This document shows positions 37,922 to 48,529 of a DNA stretch of 64,000 nucleotides, piece by piece. Source of the DNA: a virus (lineage: Duplodnaviria > Caudoviricetes). A model generated the notes under the pieces. The model was given only the letters and a program-made list of their open reading frames with translations. It ran no database searches and was not told the origin of the DNA. The translations under genes and the position numbers were made by a program. The DNA lies in the IMG/VR virus record IMGVR_UViG_3300002895_000002, positions 1 to 64,000 of that record. The stretch is one strand, 5' to 3'. Each line of letters begins with the position of its first letter. Position 1 is the first letter of the stretch.

Positions 37922-39535
37922 ATGGGCCTGTCCTGGTTCACAGATGAAGAAGTAGTTCCCAAGAAGGAAGCCAAACAAAAAGCAGCGAAAGGTGAGGCTC
38001 CCCTTCGTAAGGACGACATCAAGGAGATGAACGATGTCGAGCACATCCTTCACCGGCCGACTATCTACATCGGTTCCGTCCTTGAAGAAGACATCGAGAC
38101 TTTCGTCTACGAAAATGGGCGGGTGGTGTCCAAGCCTGTGAAGCAGATTCCGGGTCTGTGTAAGATCATTGACGAGATCATAGACAACTCCGTTGACGAG
38201 GCGATCCGGACCAAATTCCAGTATGCCACGAAGATTGATGTAACCTTCAAAGATGGAACGGTAACGATCGAAGACAATGGTCGTGGTCTTCCCATCGAGC
38301 AACGGGAAGATGGCAAGTGGACCCCGGAAGTTATCTTTACCAAAACCAAATCCGGCTCTAACTTCAACGACGACGGCCGGGCTACGATGGGAATGAACGG
38401 GGTTGGCTCATCCCTCACTAACATTTTCTCAACCATCTTCAGTGTAGATACCGCCAACGGTGTCAAGCGGTTCCGTCAGACCTACGAAAATTCCATCTCG
38501 AAGATTGGGAAGCCGAAGATTGAGCCTGGCAAGAGCAACTACACCCAGGTTTCCTTCAGACCGAACTATGATTACTTCAAAGCGTCAGCTGAGACCATAT
38601 CCAACCTGCCGTTGTTGATCGAGAAACGGATCAGGAACCTGGCGTTTGCGTTCCCTGAAATCCAGTTCCGGTTCAACGGTCAGAAGATTGCAGGCGGAAA
38701 CCTCCGTCAGTTCCTGTCACAGATCCACGAGGTGTTTGAGTACAACGAAACAGATGACGCCAGGATTGGCGTGTTCTTCTCAGAAAATGATTTCCAGCAG
38801 ATCTCGTTCGTCAACGGTCTCGAGACCCGCCGGGGTGGTGTACACATCGACCAGATAATGAACAGGATCGTTGACTACCTGCGGGACTACCTGAAGAAGA
38901 AGCACAAGATCGAGGTCAAGCCGGCGGACATCAAGAGCAAGATCTTCCTGATGTTCTCGATGCGTATGACCAACGCCCAGTTTGATGGCCAAACCAAAGA
39001 ACGACTGATGAACAGCATCACTGAGTTCAAGGACACAATCGAGGGTGTGATAACTGAGAAGTTTCTCAAGACCATCGCCAAGAACGAAGAGATCATTGCT
39101 CCCATCGTTGAGTCCTACAAGCTCCAGCAGCAGGTCAAGGAGAACCTGGAGCTCAAGAAAATGTCCAAGGTGGCCAAGAAGGTCAAGGTGGACAAGTATT
39201 TCTCAGCTACCAACGAGCAACGGTATCTTATGTTGTGCGAAGGCGACTCAGCGGCAGGTGGATTGATGGCAGCTCTGGGTAGGGACCAGTTCTCTTACTT
39301 CGCCCTCCGTGGTGTACCCCTCAACGCTCACGAAGCTAAGGTCAGTAAGATCACTGACAACGAAGAGCTCAAGAACGTGGTGCAGATACTGAATCTGGAC
39401 CTCACTAAGGACTTCCAGGACATTCCTGAAGGCAGCTTATGGTTCGAAGTTGAACTTGACGGTGAGAAAATAGTAGTAAATGAAAACGATGAAGTATATG
39501 TCAATGGTAAATGGATAAAGGTAACAGAACTATGA
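37922..39535 (+). CDS. 39: DNA topoisomerase II large subunit, N-terminal part (gp39-like) with a non-core C-terminal tail
   Basis: EHILHRP..YIGS, EIIDNSVDE, GMNGVG, CEGDSA, LRGVPLN; stops before the DxDxDG TOPRIM motif. Confidence 0.92.
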   Translation: MGLSWFTDEEVVPKKEAKQKAAKGEAPLRKDDIKEMNDVEHILHRPTIYIGSVLEEDIETFVYENGRVVSKPVKQIPGLCKIIDEIIDNSVDEAIRTKFQYATKIDVTFKDGTVTIEDNGRGLPIEQREDGKWTPEVIFTKTKSGSNFNDDGRATMGMNGVGSSLTNIFSTIFSVDTANGVKRFRQTYENSISKIGKPKIEPGKSNYTQVSFRPNYDYFKASAETISNLPLLIEKRIRNLAFAFPEIQFRFNGQKIAGGNLRQFLSQIHEVFEYNETDDARIGVFFSENDFQQISFVNGLETRRGGVHIDQIMNRIVDYLRDYLKKKHKIEVKPADIKSKIFLMFSMRMTNAQFDGQTKERLMNSITEFKDTIEGVITEKFLKTIAKNEEIIAPIVESYKLQQQVKENLELKKMSKVAKKVKVDKYFSATNEQRYLMLCEGDSAAGGLMAALGRDQFSYFALRGVPLNAHEAKVSKITDNEELKNVVQILNLDLTKDFQDIPEGSLWFEVELDGEKIVVNENDEVYVNGKWIKVTEL

Positions 39536-39723
39536 ACAACGAACGTTATCTAGTATATGACCCTGATGGCAACTTCGTAAACATACTTGACCTGACTTCT
39601 ATTCTTCATGACCATGCCGCATATAAAAAGCAATGGAAAGAAAAACAACAATGGAAAACCTCGGGTATACATTCGTTGAAGACATCGCATAAAAAACCGT
39701 CTAAATCATGGTCACATTTATAA
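39532..39723 (+). CDS. Small ORF inside the topoisomerase insertion cassette
   Basis: ATG overlaps the gp39 stop; MNNERYLVYDPDG... Confidence 0.4.
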   Translation: MNNERYLVYDPDGNFVNILDLTSILHDHAAYKKQWKEKQQWKTSGIHSLKTSHKKPSKSWSHL

Positions 39724-39729
39724 ATAGAC

Positions 39730-40827
39730 ATGGAGGAAAAAACAATGCCATGTCCATTCTGTAACCAAGAAGTCATCAGTGAAAAACCATTTCGTTGCGT
39801 AAATGATGAATGCCGTTCTAAAGTGTTGAACAAACAGTCTAAAGAGTACATCAAAGTAAAAAATGGTTGGACCGATGAACAGGTAAAAGAGTATCTGTCA
39901 TCTAAGACCAAAGCCGGCCATTCCAAACGAGACCATTCGGTAAACCCCAATAGTCGAGAAGCATGGCGGCGTAGAGGACTTTCTGAAGAAGAAATAGACA
40001 CCGTCATGAAAGCCAAAGGACAGAAAGTAAGTAAAACACGAAAAGAACTCGGTCTTGGACGTGGCGACTCAAATAGCATGTCCAAGAAAAAAATGCTTGA
40101 AAGTGGAATGAGTGCTGAAGATGTGGAACTGTTTACCAGATCGCGCATTCATTCTTGTCCTGAGTACTGGGAGAAACGTGGTTACGACCGCCAGCAGGCA
40201 GAAAAACTCGCGGCTGATGCTGGCAAAACTATCACAAAAGAAAAACTTGGAGAAGAAGGTTTCAAACTAGCAAAACACCGGATGTCTAAAGTTGGTAGGA
40301 TGGAAAAACTCATCAAAGAAGTCGGTATTGAAAACGCCGAGAACGAGTTCATAAAGCGTTACATCAAGAACTCCTATATAAAGGTCGGCCGTTCATCGAA
40401 ACATGCGATGCGGCTATTTCTTCCCATTTATAAAATGTTGCGAAAAAGTGGTATGACGAAAAAAGACTTCTTTATCGGAACACATAAACGAAATGAAATG
40501 TTCATTCGCGATGGTAATGACATATTCTTCTATGACTTCGTTATCAAACCACTAAACCTTATATTCGAGTTCAAAGGAACTCACGTTCATCCTTCGCCGA
40601 ACATGTCCATTGAAGAAAGAAATCAGTGGCGGCACGCGTATTCAAAATGCTCAGCCGACGAAGTAGATAAAAAAGATAATCGCAAAAAAATAGTTGCAGA
40701 AAGTAGAGGTTATGTGTTATATTATATCTACAGCAACAACACCGACGAGCATAACATTTCTGAAATGGAAAGGATCATCAAATGCAAGATGCAAGATGTA
40801 AAAAGAAACTCATTGACCCGAAGGTAG
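39730..40827 (+). CDS. Homing endonuclease-like protein (repeat-rich N-terminus, C-terminal PD-(D/E)XK/Vsr-like domain)
   Basis: FFYDFVIKPLNLIFEFKG..H motif; own TATAAATA at about 39719; inserted between gp39 and gp60. Confidence 0.7.
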   Translation: MEEKTMPCPFCNQEVISEKPFRCVNDECRSKVLNKQSKEYIKVKNGWTDEQVKEYLSSKTKAGHSKRDHSVNPNSREAWRRRGLSEEEIDTVMKAKGQKVSKTRKELGLGRGDSNSMSKKKMLESGMSAEDVELFTRSRIHSCPEYWEKRGYDRQQAEKLAADAGKTITKEKLGEEGFKLAKHRMSKVGRMEKLIKEVGIENAENEFIKRYIKNSYIKVGRSSKHAMRLFLPIYKMLRKSGMTKKDFFIGTHKRNEMFIRDGNDIFFYDFVIKPLNLIFEFKGTHVHPSPNMSIEERNQWRHAYSKCSADEVDKKDNRKKIVAESRGYVLYYIYSNNTDEHNISEMERIIKCKMQDVKRNSLTRR

Positions 40828-41366
40828 CCAAGAACCTTTATCAGAAACGGCCCAATGTTCGCCGGTCAACCAACATGTCACATGAATGCGTCGTGTTCGC
40901 TTCCGACCAAGACCTAGATGGTTGACCTTCGGGTCAACTATCGATCCAACCTAAAGAGTAAATCGGCATTCATATTCGTGGCTTATTATTGGCATTCTTC
41001 CACCGTTTCGCTCCGAGTCTCATCAAGCAGGGCCGTATCTGCTACCTGCAGACTCCCATCGTAACTGGCAAGAAGAAGGGCAAGATCGTCAAAGTGTTCT
41101 TCGATCTGTCAGAGTACCGTGCCTTCGCTCAGACAGAAGAAGCCAAGCAGTACCAGTTCGACTATCGCAAGGGTTTGGGAAGCTGGGACATTGACAGCGG
41201 CGAACTCCAGGAGGTCATCAAGCTCGTTGGAATGGAGAACATGCTGAAACCCTTCGAATGGTCCGATGAAGCTCCCAAGAAGATTGATGACTGGCTTGGT
41301 GGGAAGAACTCGGATGTTCGGAAGACCTACCTGAACGGTCGCAGCTTCAGCATCGACGGGATATGA
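40782..41366 (+). CDS. 60: Topoisomerase II gp60-like subunit containing a 45-nt coding gap (40923-40967) predicted to be ribosomally bypassed
   Basis: MQDARCKK...NVRRS...FASDQDLDG(GGT) TGA ... GGC then IHIRGLLLAFFHRF...YRKGLG; joining restores DxDxDGxHI. Confidence 0.88.
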
Positions 41367-41424
41367 AATTCTTGACATTGATACCTATACCTGTTATTAT
41401 GTAGAAAATGTCAAGGGAGGCTAA

Positions 41425-42753
41425 ATGAAGATTGCAGATTTCTTTGCAAATGATTACACCGATTTTGCCACCTATGATAACTACCGCAACCTCGGTAGCT
41501 ACATAGATGGACTGAAACCGTCCATGCGGAAGATCGTCCACGTCTTTGACAAGAACAACATCACCACCCCAACCAAAGTAGAACAGCTCCAGTCCAAGAT
41601 CGCTGAGCAGACAGAATACCTGCATGGCTCCCATACGTTGGCGGGTGTTATCGTTAACATGTCAACGAGCTACCCTGGCACCAACAACATGCCGCTCCTT
41701 CTCCCTAAGGGTAACTTCGGTACGCGCTGCGTTCAACGTGCGGCGGCTGGCAGGTACATCTACGCATCAAAGGCACCGGCATTCAGTAAACTGTTCAGGG
41801 CGGAAGACAGACCCATCCTCATCGAGCAGGAGTTTGAGGGGACCATCATTGAGCCGAGATTCTTTCTCCCTGTCCTTCCCTTGCTCCTAGTAAACGGTTC
41901 TGAGGGCATTGGAAACGGCTACAGCCAGAAGATCCTCCCTCGTGATCCCAAGCTCCTAGCCAAACTAGTCTTTGAATACCTGACCAAAGGCAAGCTCCCC
42001 AAGAACATCCCACCTTACTTCGAGGGCTTTCAGGGAACAGTCTCTCCCGTTGAAGACAACCCGGGCTCGTGGGTTATTACCGGATGTCTCGAGAAGACAG
42101 ATCGGGCAACTCTCAGAATAACCGAAGTCCCGGTTGGGTATGATCTCGAGGGTTACACCAAGAAGCTCGACGACCTTGAAGAGAAGAAAGTAATCAAAGG
42201 CTACACCGACCGCTCCGACGGTAAGAACAAGATCTGTTTCGACGTCAGGGTTGATCTCGAGTTCATGCGGAAGCCGTTGGAGTGGCAGTTAGCTCAACTC
42301 AAACTCACCCGCAAGTTTAGTGAGACTTACACCTGTCTTGATGAGAATAACGGAATCCGTGAGTTTGAATCTGAGGTTGAAATCCTTAAGGCCTACTGTG
42401 ACTTCCGTGTCAAACAGTATGATGTCCGGAAAGCCTATATTGAAGGAAAGCTCAAGCAGGATATTGGTGTACTGAAGGAAAAGGCCCGCTTCGTTGAACT
42501 GGTAGTAACCGAGAAGATAAAGATCTTCAGGATGACTAAGGTCTATATCGAAGAGCAGTGTGAGAAACATAAGCTCTCGAAGAAGGATGGCTCGTATAAT
42601 TACCTGACCGGCCTTCCCATCCATTCCCTCACCGAAGAGAAGATAGATGAACTCAAGGCTGAGGTTGTGAAGAAGGAAGAGGAGCTTGACTGCATCAGTA
42701 AAACCCCAGCTCAAACCATGTGGATCAACGATATCAAAGAGGCAGTAAAATAA
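41425..42753 (+). CDS. 52: DNA topoisomerase II medium subunit (gp52, GyrA/ParC-like)
   Basis: DGLKPSMRKI, YLHG, GNFG, AAGRYI catalytic Tyr, GIGNGY. Confidence 0.95.
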   Translation: MKIADFFANDYTDFATYDNYRNLGSYIDGLKPSMRKIVHVFDKNNITTPTKVEQLQSKIAEQTEYLHGSHTLAGVIVNMSTSYPGTNNMPLLLPKGNFGTRCVQRAAAGRYIYASKAPAFSKLFRAEDRPILIEQEFEGTIIEPRFFLPVLPLLLVNGSEGIGNGYSQKILPRDPKLLAKLVFEYLTKGKLPKNIPPYFEGFQGTVSPVEDNPGSWVITGCLEKTDRATLRITEVPVGYDLEGYTKKLDDLEEKKVIKGYTDRSDGKNKICFDVRVDLEFMRKPLEWQLAQLKLTRKFSETYTCLDENNGIREFESEVEILKAYCDFRVKQYDVRKAYIEGKLKQDIGVLKEKARFVELVVTEKIKIFRMTKVYIEEQCEKHKLSKKDGSYNYLTGLPIHSLTEEKIDELKAEVVKKEEELDCISKTPAQTMWINDIKEAVK

Positions 42754-43265
42754 TGGGCGAGCATGTTGTATTCACATTGGACCAGATTAGAATAGCAACA
42801 CAAAGAGTTGCTGCCGATGTATACAGGGACATCTTTCACCAACCTGCTGTTGTTCTTACCGTGATGAACGGCGGCCTCATGTTCGCTGCTGAACTGGTCA
42901 AGAACTTGCCTCTGGATATTGAGATGGATTATATCCACGCAACCCGGTACAGTGATGGCCTAACTCGAAACGACATTCGGTTTCTTGCGTACCCTAATAC
43001 CGATCTCAAGGGTAAGATCGTTCTGCTCGTTGACGACGTCTGGGATGAAGGCCATACTCTGGAAGAGATCAGGAAGTGGTGCAAGAGTGCAGGAGCGACA
43101 GATGTCCGAGCTGTTGTTCTCGTAAACAAGGAACACGATCGGAAGGTAGGACCCACCCCTGAATATATCGGCTTGACTTGTCCGGACTGGTATCTCTTCG
43201 GGTACGGTATGGACCTCGACGGAACCTGCAGGAACATGACATCGATTTGGAGAGTGACAGAATGA
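42753..43265 (+). CDS. hpt: Hypoxanthine-guanine phosphoribosyltransferase
   Basis: VMNGGLMF, VLLVDDVWDEGHTL PRPP loop, LFGYGMD. Confidence 0.9.
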   Translation: MGEHVVFTLDQIRIATQRVAADVYRDIFHQPAVVLTVMNGGLMFAAELVKNLPLDIEMDYIHATRYSDGLTRNDIRFLAYPNTDLKGKIVLLVDDVWDEGHTLEEIRKWCKSAGATDVRAVVLVNKEHDRKVGPTPEYIGLTCPDWYLFGYGMDLDGTCRNMTSIWRVTE

Positions 43266-43750
43266 AAATGACAGGCATCGACAAAGCCGGGAATGAAGTG
43301 ACTCTTGAGCTTTCGGACACTGCTCAGCTGAAAGTGAGCATCGAGTACGTCAGGCCATTTGGTGGTGACCTCAACGAGTTTGCAGACAAGCTCGGAGTAC
43401 AGATCACTGAGGTCGATTATCAGACCACCACGGAAAGGATGGTGCACTAATAGCAAAACTAACGGCAGCACAGGCCCGGGAAGAAAGCCTGAAGAACCTC
43501 AAAGGTCCGGCAATTCAGGCATATATCGACCACATTGATAACCGCATTGAAGAGGCCATCAACCAGGGAAAGACCATCATATATCATCCGTTTGCTAAGC
43601 TCGACAGCATTCTCAGACGGCCAACCATCGAAGAACGGGAGGCAACACTCAAGCATTTCACTGATGAAGGGTGCACTGTGAAGTATTATCCGAACCCTGA
43701 CCCAGGACACCCTGCAAGCAGCGACTATCACACCATCGAGTGGTGAAGAC

Positions 43751-44065
43751 ATGACACCAAACCCACTGAAATTCTATCGTCCAGTAACCAACACAGGAGA
43801 CAAAACAATGGCAGCTACCTCAGGTCCGTCCGAATCCTTGAACCTCACCCCCACCCGCGAAGAGCAGTACGAGCGTATGATCCTGAACGTCCAGAACTCC
43901 CATGGATGCTCCCGCAGTAAGGCCCGTCGCATCTTGGAATCCATTGCTCGCAAAGAGACCAAGAAGTTCATCAAGGCCGGCAAGAAGCGTCAGGCAGCAC
44001 TTGCGGCGGCTGGCAAGCTGGTTACCCCCGAAGATCTTTTGGGACAGGAGGAAGCTGATGCCTAA
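43751..44065 (+). CDS. Hypothetical basic protein
   Basis: ORF; phage codon usage. Confidence 0.55.
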   Translation: MTPNPLKFYRPVTNTGDKTMAATSGPSESLNLTPTREEQYERMILNVQNSHGCSRSKARRILESIARKETKKFIKAGKKRQAALAAAGKLVTPEDLLGQEEADA

Positions 44066-44288
44066 CAGACCGGCAGAATGGCCAGTCATCCAGGCGTTTG
44101 AAGTAGTGAACCAACTGGCGGAGGACGAACTTATGGTTACTCCATGTACTAAGTCCTCCTGCTGGTACAACTCAGGGAAAGACCAGGAATGCACCCGCAA
44201 ACTGGATAACATCACGCCGAACTCATACGACTGTCTCGAGTATCGGGATGCCTTTATCACCCCACCAAAAGATCAACCCTACCGATAA
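44058..44288 (+). CDS. Hypothetical protein
   Basis: GGAGG RBS before MPNRP. Confidence 0.5.
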   Translation: MPNRPAEWPVIQAFEVVNQLAEDELMVTPCTKSSCWYNSGKDQECTRKLDNITPNSYDCLEYRDAFITPPKDQPYR

Positions 44289-44353
44289 TTTCTGTTGACA
44301 ATCGTTCTCCCTTCTGTTATTATGGAAACATAAAAACATGAAGGGAGAACGAT

Positions 44354-45102
44354 ATGATGTTCCAACCTACCCAGTACCACAAGTTTTTTCGCGGCGGTGT
44401 CCTGCCAATCGAATTCTTCAACATGACCACTGAACAGATCACGGGTATTCAATCCGAACACGAGTACGACGTGCAGATCAACAAGCAAGTTCGTGAGAAT
44501 GCTGCGGCTGCTCGTGCTGCTGCTATCAAGAAGACCAAAGAGCTCTTCGAGTCTTTCGGCATTCGCACTACCGAGTACAAAACTCCTCGCGGTGGTAAGG
44601 CTGGTCATTACCCCACCAAGCAGATGGAAAAGTGTACGAGATCGCTACCGAGCCGTTCATCTTCCGCGAGCCGTATCAGTCATCTACCATGGAGTGTAAG
44701 CTCCCTGACGGTTCCACCTTCCGGAACGCCTGCTCCCCGTGCACCCTCGTGGAACTCCACACCAATGCCCATCGGTTCTGGAACAACCGTCAGACCGCCA
44801 AGAAGCGGGAAGGTGAAGCATTCGCCGGCTATCTGAAGTACGCTATCGAGAACGGCATCCAGGTTTCCGTAGAGCAAGCGTCAGATCCCCAGGTGTTCAT
44901 GCGGACCGTGGACGAGATCGCCTCGGAGAAGTGGTTCAAGGAGACCTACCCGAAAGGCTCCGAGGTTTCCATCTCGTGCTGCCCTGAGTGTTCCACTCAC
45001 ATTGTCGGCGAAAACCGGTGCTTATGTGGAAACGTCCGGGTAGAACTCAATGTCGAAGGTTCTGTACTCAACGGGTTCTATCTTTACGACCAACGGCACT
45101 AG
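44354..45102 (+). CDS. Hypothetical early protein, apparent frameshift near 44625
   Basis: ORFs 44354 and 44632 join by a 1-nt indel (…QME/KVYEIATEP). Confidence 0.5.
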
Positions 45103-45332
45103 GAGAAAACCATGAATGAAATCCCATGTAAGATGCACTGCGTGTTCGCTATAGACGGTTGTTGTACATGCAAGCCGTTCAACATAGCACCCAACAGTAA
45201 GGCATGCCCTTCATACTTGACGGTTGAACATATGCACATCTATCGGCCGCTTGAGAATCAGTGAAAAAAAACTGTTGACAAGTTCCTCCTCATTTGTTAT
45301 AGTAAAACTACAATAAATGAGGAGGTAACACA

Positions 45333-45593
45333 ATGACCACAACTGTTGAAGAACTCATCGCATATCTCAAAACCCTTCCCCAAAAAGCTGAAGTTTCCTG
45401 TGCCGTTCATGTAGACGGTTACGACGGTGGATGGACTTCTTCAGAAGAACTTGAGCTTCCTATCCGTCGTGAAGATGGTACCTTCGAACAGTGTTCCGAT
45501 AACATCGACTTCACCAGCCTTGTCGGCAACCAGTTCGTAAAGGAAACCGACCCCCGCTTCGGTAAGTCTTACCTCTTCATAGGAAGGAGATAA
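45333..45593 (+). CDS. Hypothetical protein
   Basis: Promoter plus GGAGG RBS. Confidence 0.6.
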   Translation: MTTTVEELIAYLKTLPQKAEVSCAVHVDGYDGGWTSSEELELPIRREDGTFEQCSDNIDFTSLVGNQFVKETDPRFGKSYLFIGRR

Positions 45594-46532
45594 TCATGAA
45601 AGAAGAAATCCTCAAGAAAATTGCCGAAGTTGAACTCGAGAAGAAGCAAGCATATGATTGTGCATATTACAACGGTAGCATGCACCCCGCTTACGAAAGC
45701 AATCAGGCAATGTATGATTACTGTTTGAAAAAAACTCAGAGAGCTTCTTTAGAAGGACATCATGAGCGAGACCAAGTCCATAATGACAGATGAGCTTACC
45801 GGCCGGTGATATGGCTTTCAAACTCCATATCGCCGTAGAATGGCTCAGTGGGCATGACACTAGATGTGATGTCTGTAATGGTACCGGGAAGATAGAGGAC
45901 ATGTGGGGAGATGATAAGCCATGTCATTATTGTCACGGGTTTAGCCGGATACCAGACCCGCTTCCTCGGGTGCCTAAGGACTTACACGACCACATGATCG
46001 CCGCATGGGTTGAGTTCTGGAATGCACGTAGACCGAAGGAAGAGTTTCTCGACGGAGGGATGAACATATGATACTCAAGCAAGGTGCCACCTATCGCTAT
46101 ACGCAGAACGGTGTTGTTCGTTCGGTGATCATCGAAGAGATCGTGGTGTACATGTCTGAAGGTGTCATCCATGCGACTGTGCATTACAGTGAACCAGCAT
46201 TCAATGCACATATCACTGAGTCGGCTGAAGCATTTCTCAGCAAAACACCGACCATCATCTACTACTAGGAGGAGCCATGCAAGTTTTTCTATGTGTTCTC
46301 AACAAGCAGACCAATGCCAGGATGTCCAAGGTGCACTCCAATACTCCCAGGGTTGCAGAGGGGATGAAGGAGCACGTCGCCAAGCTGCAGAAGATGTTCG
46401 GTGGGGAGTATGTGGTTGCTCGGTTCATTCAAACCAAAAAAGGGCTGAAGCGCTTATAATTTCAGTTGACCTTTTCTTTTTGTGGTGTTATCATGTTTTT
46501 AAGATGGACACAACACAAAGCGGAGGTAGACA

Positions 46533-46967
46533 ATGAGCCTCATTAGCAACGAGCGTGCAAAGGTCATCGAGAACTACACTGAGGAACTCCGTTGTCGTCA
46601 GGAAGAGAAGAAAAAGCCGCTGGTGCTCCCAGAGCGGCTCGAGCAGGTCATCCAAGAGATGCACCGTGGGGTGACGTACGGTCCTGCCGGGCTCGTGCCT
46701 GTCGCTGTCTGGGATGAACGGTTCGTCCTCATCAAGAGGCCCGGGCGGTTCGGGAGGCGTGGCTGCGGTTCCCGTTCGTACATCCCGACAGCATACACCC
46801 TGCATGACCTCCATGAGTACGTCGTGGGTTCCATGTGTGGTATCACTCTCTTCTACAAGACCACCGTCTGGGAAGCTCCTGAAGGTACCCGTCTCAACAA
46901 GGTGCTAACATCAGCAGCAGTACTCGCGATAAACGCCCGGGTTGCGAATGAGACACAAAATCTTTAG
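46533..46967 (+). CDS. Hypothetical protein
   Basis: Promoter plus GGAGG RBS. Confidence 0.6.
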   Translation: MSLISNERAKVIENYTEELRCRQEEKKKPLVLPERLEQVIQEMHRGVTYGPAGLVPVAVWDERFVLIKRPGRFGRRGCGSRSYIPTAYTLHDLHEYVVGSMCGITLFYKTTVWEAPEGTRLNKVLTSAAVLAINARVANETQNL

Positions 46968-47046
46968 GCTGAAATTTGACAGAACCCCTCGTTCATGTTA
47001 TGTTGTATTCATAACAAATGAACCAACCAACAAAGGAGAATAACGA

Positions 47047-47742
47047 ATGGCAAAAGGTAAAGAAACAACTGCAGGATTCAGCTTCTCTGAGGTCGAGATC
47101 AACGTTCTCAAAAACTTCGCTTCCGTCAACCCCAGCATGGTGATCTCGCCGGAAGGTCTCGGGGTCATCAATACCGCCAAGTCGGTGATCGCCAACTATC
47201 CCTTCGCCAAACCGTATGCCTTCGAAGAGTTCGGTGTCTACGAGGTTCCCGAGCTCCTGTCCGTCCTGGGCGCCTTGTCCAATCCGGTCATCGAAGCGAA
47301 CGACAAGTACCTGCTCATCAAGGACGGCGAGTCCAAGACCCGCTACTTCACTACCGCCAAGGACCTGCTCCCGAAAGTGCCGGCTGTCGAGAACAAATTT
47401 TCCCAGGTCAAGTGCGAACTGGACTTCACCCTCCCTGCTGAGAAGCTCGCTGCACTGTTCAAGATGGCGGCAATCATCAAGGCAGAGTGGCTCTTCCTCG
47501 AGAGCGACGGCAAGAAGATCCGCCTCACTGTCGGTAAGGAACTGGACACCTCCAGCAATACCTTCGACGTAACGATCACCGCCGACATCGCCGCAAACGA
47601 TCTCGAGAAGCCAGTCAAGGTTCCCCTCTCGGACCTCAAAGTTCTCCCTGGTGGGTATGATGTGAAGATTTCCACCGCCGGCATTTCCAGGTGGACCGCC
47701 GACGTTGGGGCTACGTATTACATCGGGGTCAAGACTCTGTAA
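47047..47742 (+). CDS. 45: Sliding clamp (gp45)
   Basis: INVLKNFASVNPSMVI and FGVYEVPELLSVL motifs typical of gp45. Confidence 0.9.
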   Translation: MAKGKETTAGFSFSEVEINVLKNFASVNPSMVISPEGLGVINTAKSVIANYPFAKPYAFEEFGVYEVPELLSVLGALSNPVIEANDKYLLIKDGESKTRYFTTAKDLLPKVPAVENKFSQVKCELDFTLPAEKLAALFKMAAIIKAEWLFLESDGKKIRLTVGKELDTSSNTFDVTITADIAANDLEKPVKVPLSDLKVLPGGYDVKISTAGISRWTADVGATYYIGVKTL

Positions 47743-48529
47743 ACAGATCAACACTAAACGGAAAAGACGCGGATTGTTATTAGATCCGTGTCTTTTTTAT
47801 TGACATCATTTTAGAGTCATGTTATCATTTTTTAACGATACAGAATGCAACCCAACCGACTAGGAAGACATATCATGGAAAAGTTTCACGTTCTTTCAGC
47901 CGCCTGCCTCTTTGTCCTGCGGTATGTTGTAAGCACTCTTTCAATGATTCAGTACAACAGCAAGTCAGGTGAACTTGAACGGCTCTTAGATGGTATGAAA
48001 GGATACCGCAAGGTTTACAAGACTGGCGGCAAGGATCTTCTGCTTGCTCTGTTGTCCATCGCGTGGCTCGTCGTTTACTACTTCGGATAAGGAGAACACT
48101 CATGATCGAACCAGGAACACTCATCGCCGTACTTTTTCTCACCGCCGTCCTCTTCATTCTCATCTCTGCTTTGCTTGCTTTCAAACTTCGCCGGGAGAAG
48201 GACAACCACCGGAACACCCAGTGTCATTTGGATGACTTCATGAGTTCATCCGCACAGCTCATCATCGATAACCATCAGCTTCGTCAACAGATCGCCGGTG
48301 TCGTGGACGATGAAGAGACACACTCATGATGTTCATCTGCAATCATGCCAGGGAGTTTGGTGTATGCTCTGACTGTTCCCATGATAAACCACACGAGAAA
48401 CAACCCATGAAGATGCTCGGGGATCGCTTCTCCTGCCAAGTTTCTGGACCATGTCAGTTGGATGGAACCGTCGTTGGCTGCCATTGCAAACCTATCGGCA
48501 GTCGTGCCAAACAATAAAGAGATCACAAT

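Noticed and set aside
40923-40967. Intron or simple stop readthrough in gp60
   Set aside because: 45 nt is too short for a self-splicing intron, and readthrough would meet a second stop and insert 15 residues in the active-site motif.
40989-41366. Stand-alone ORF starting at TTG 40989
   Set aside because: It would lack the catalytic DxDxD residues encoded upstream in the same frame; better explained as the post-gap part of gp60.
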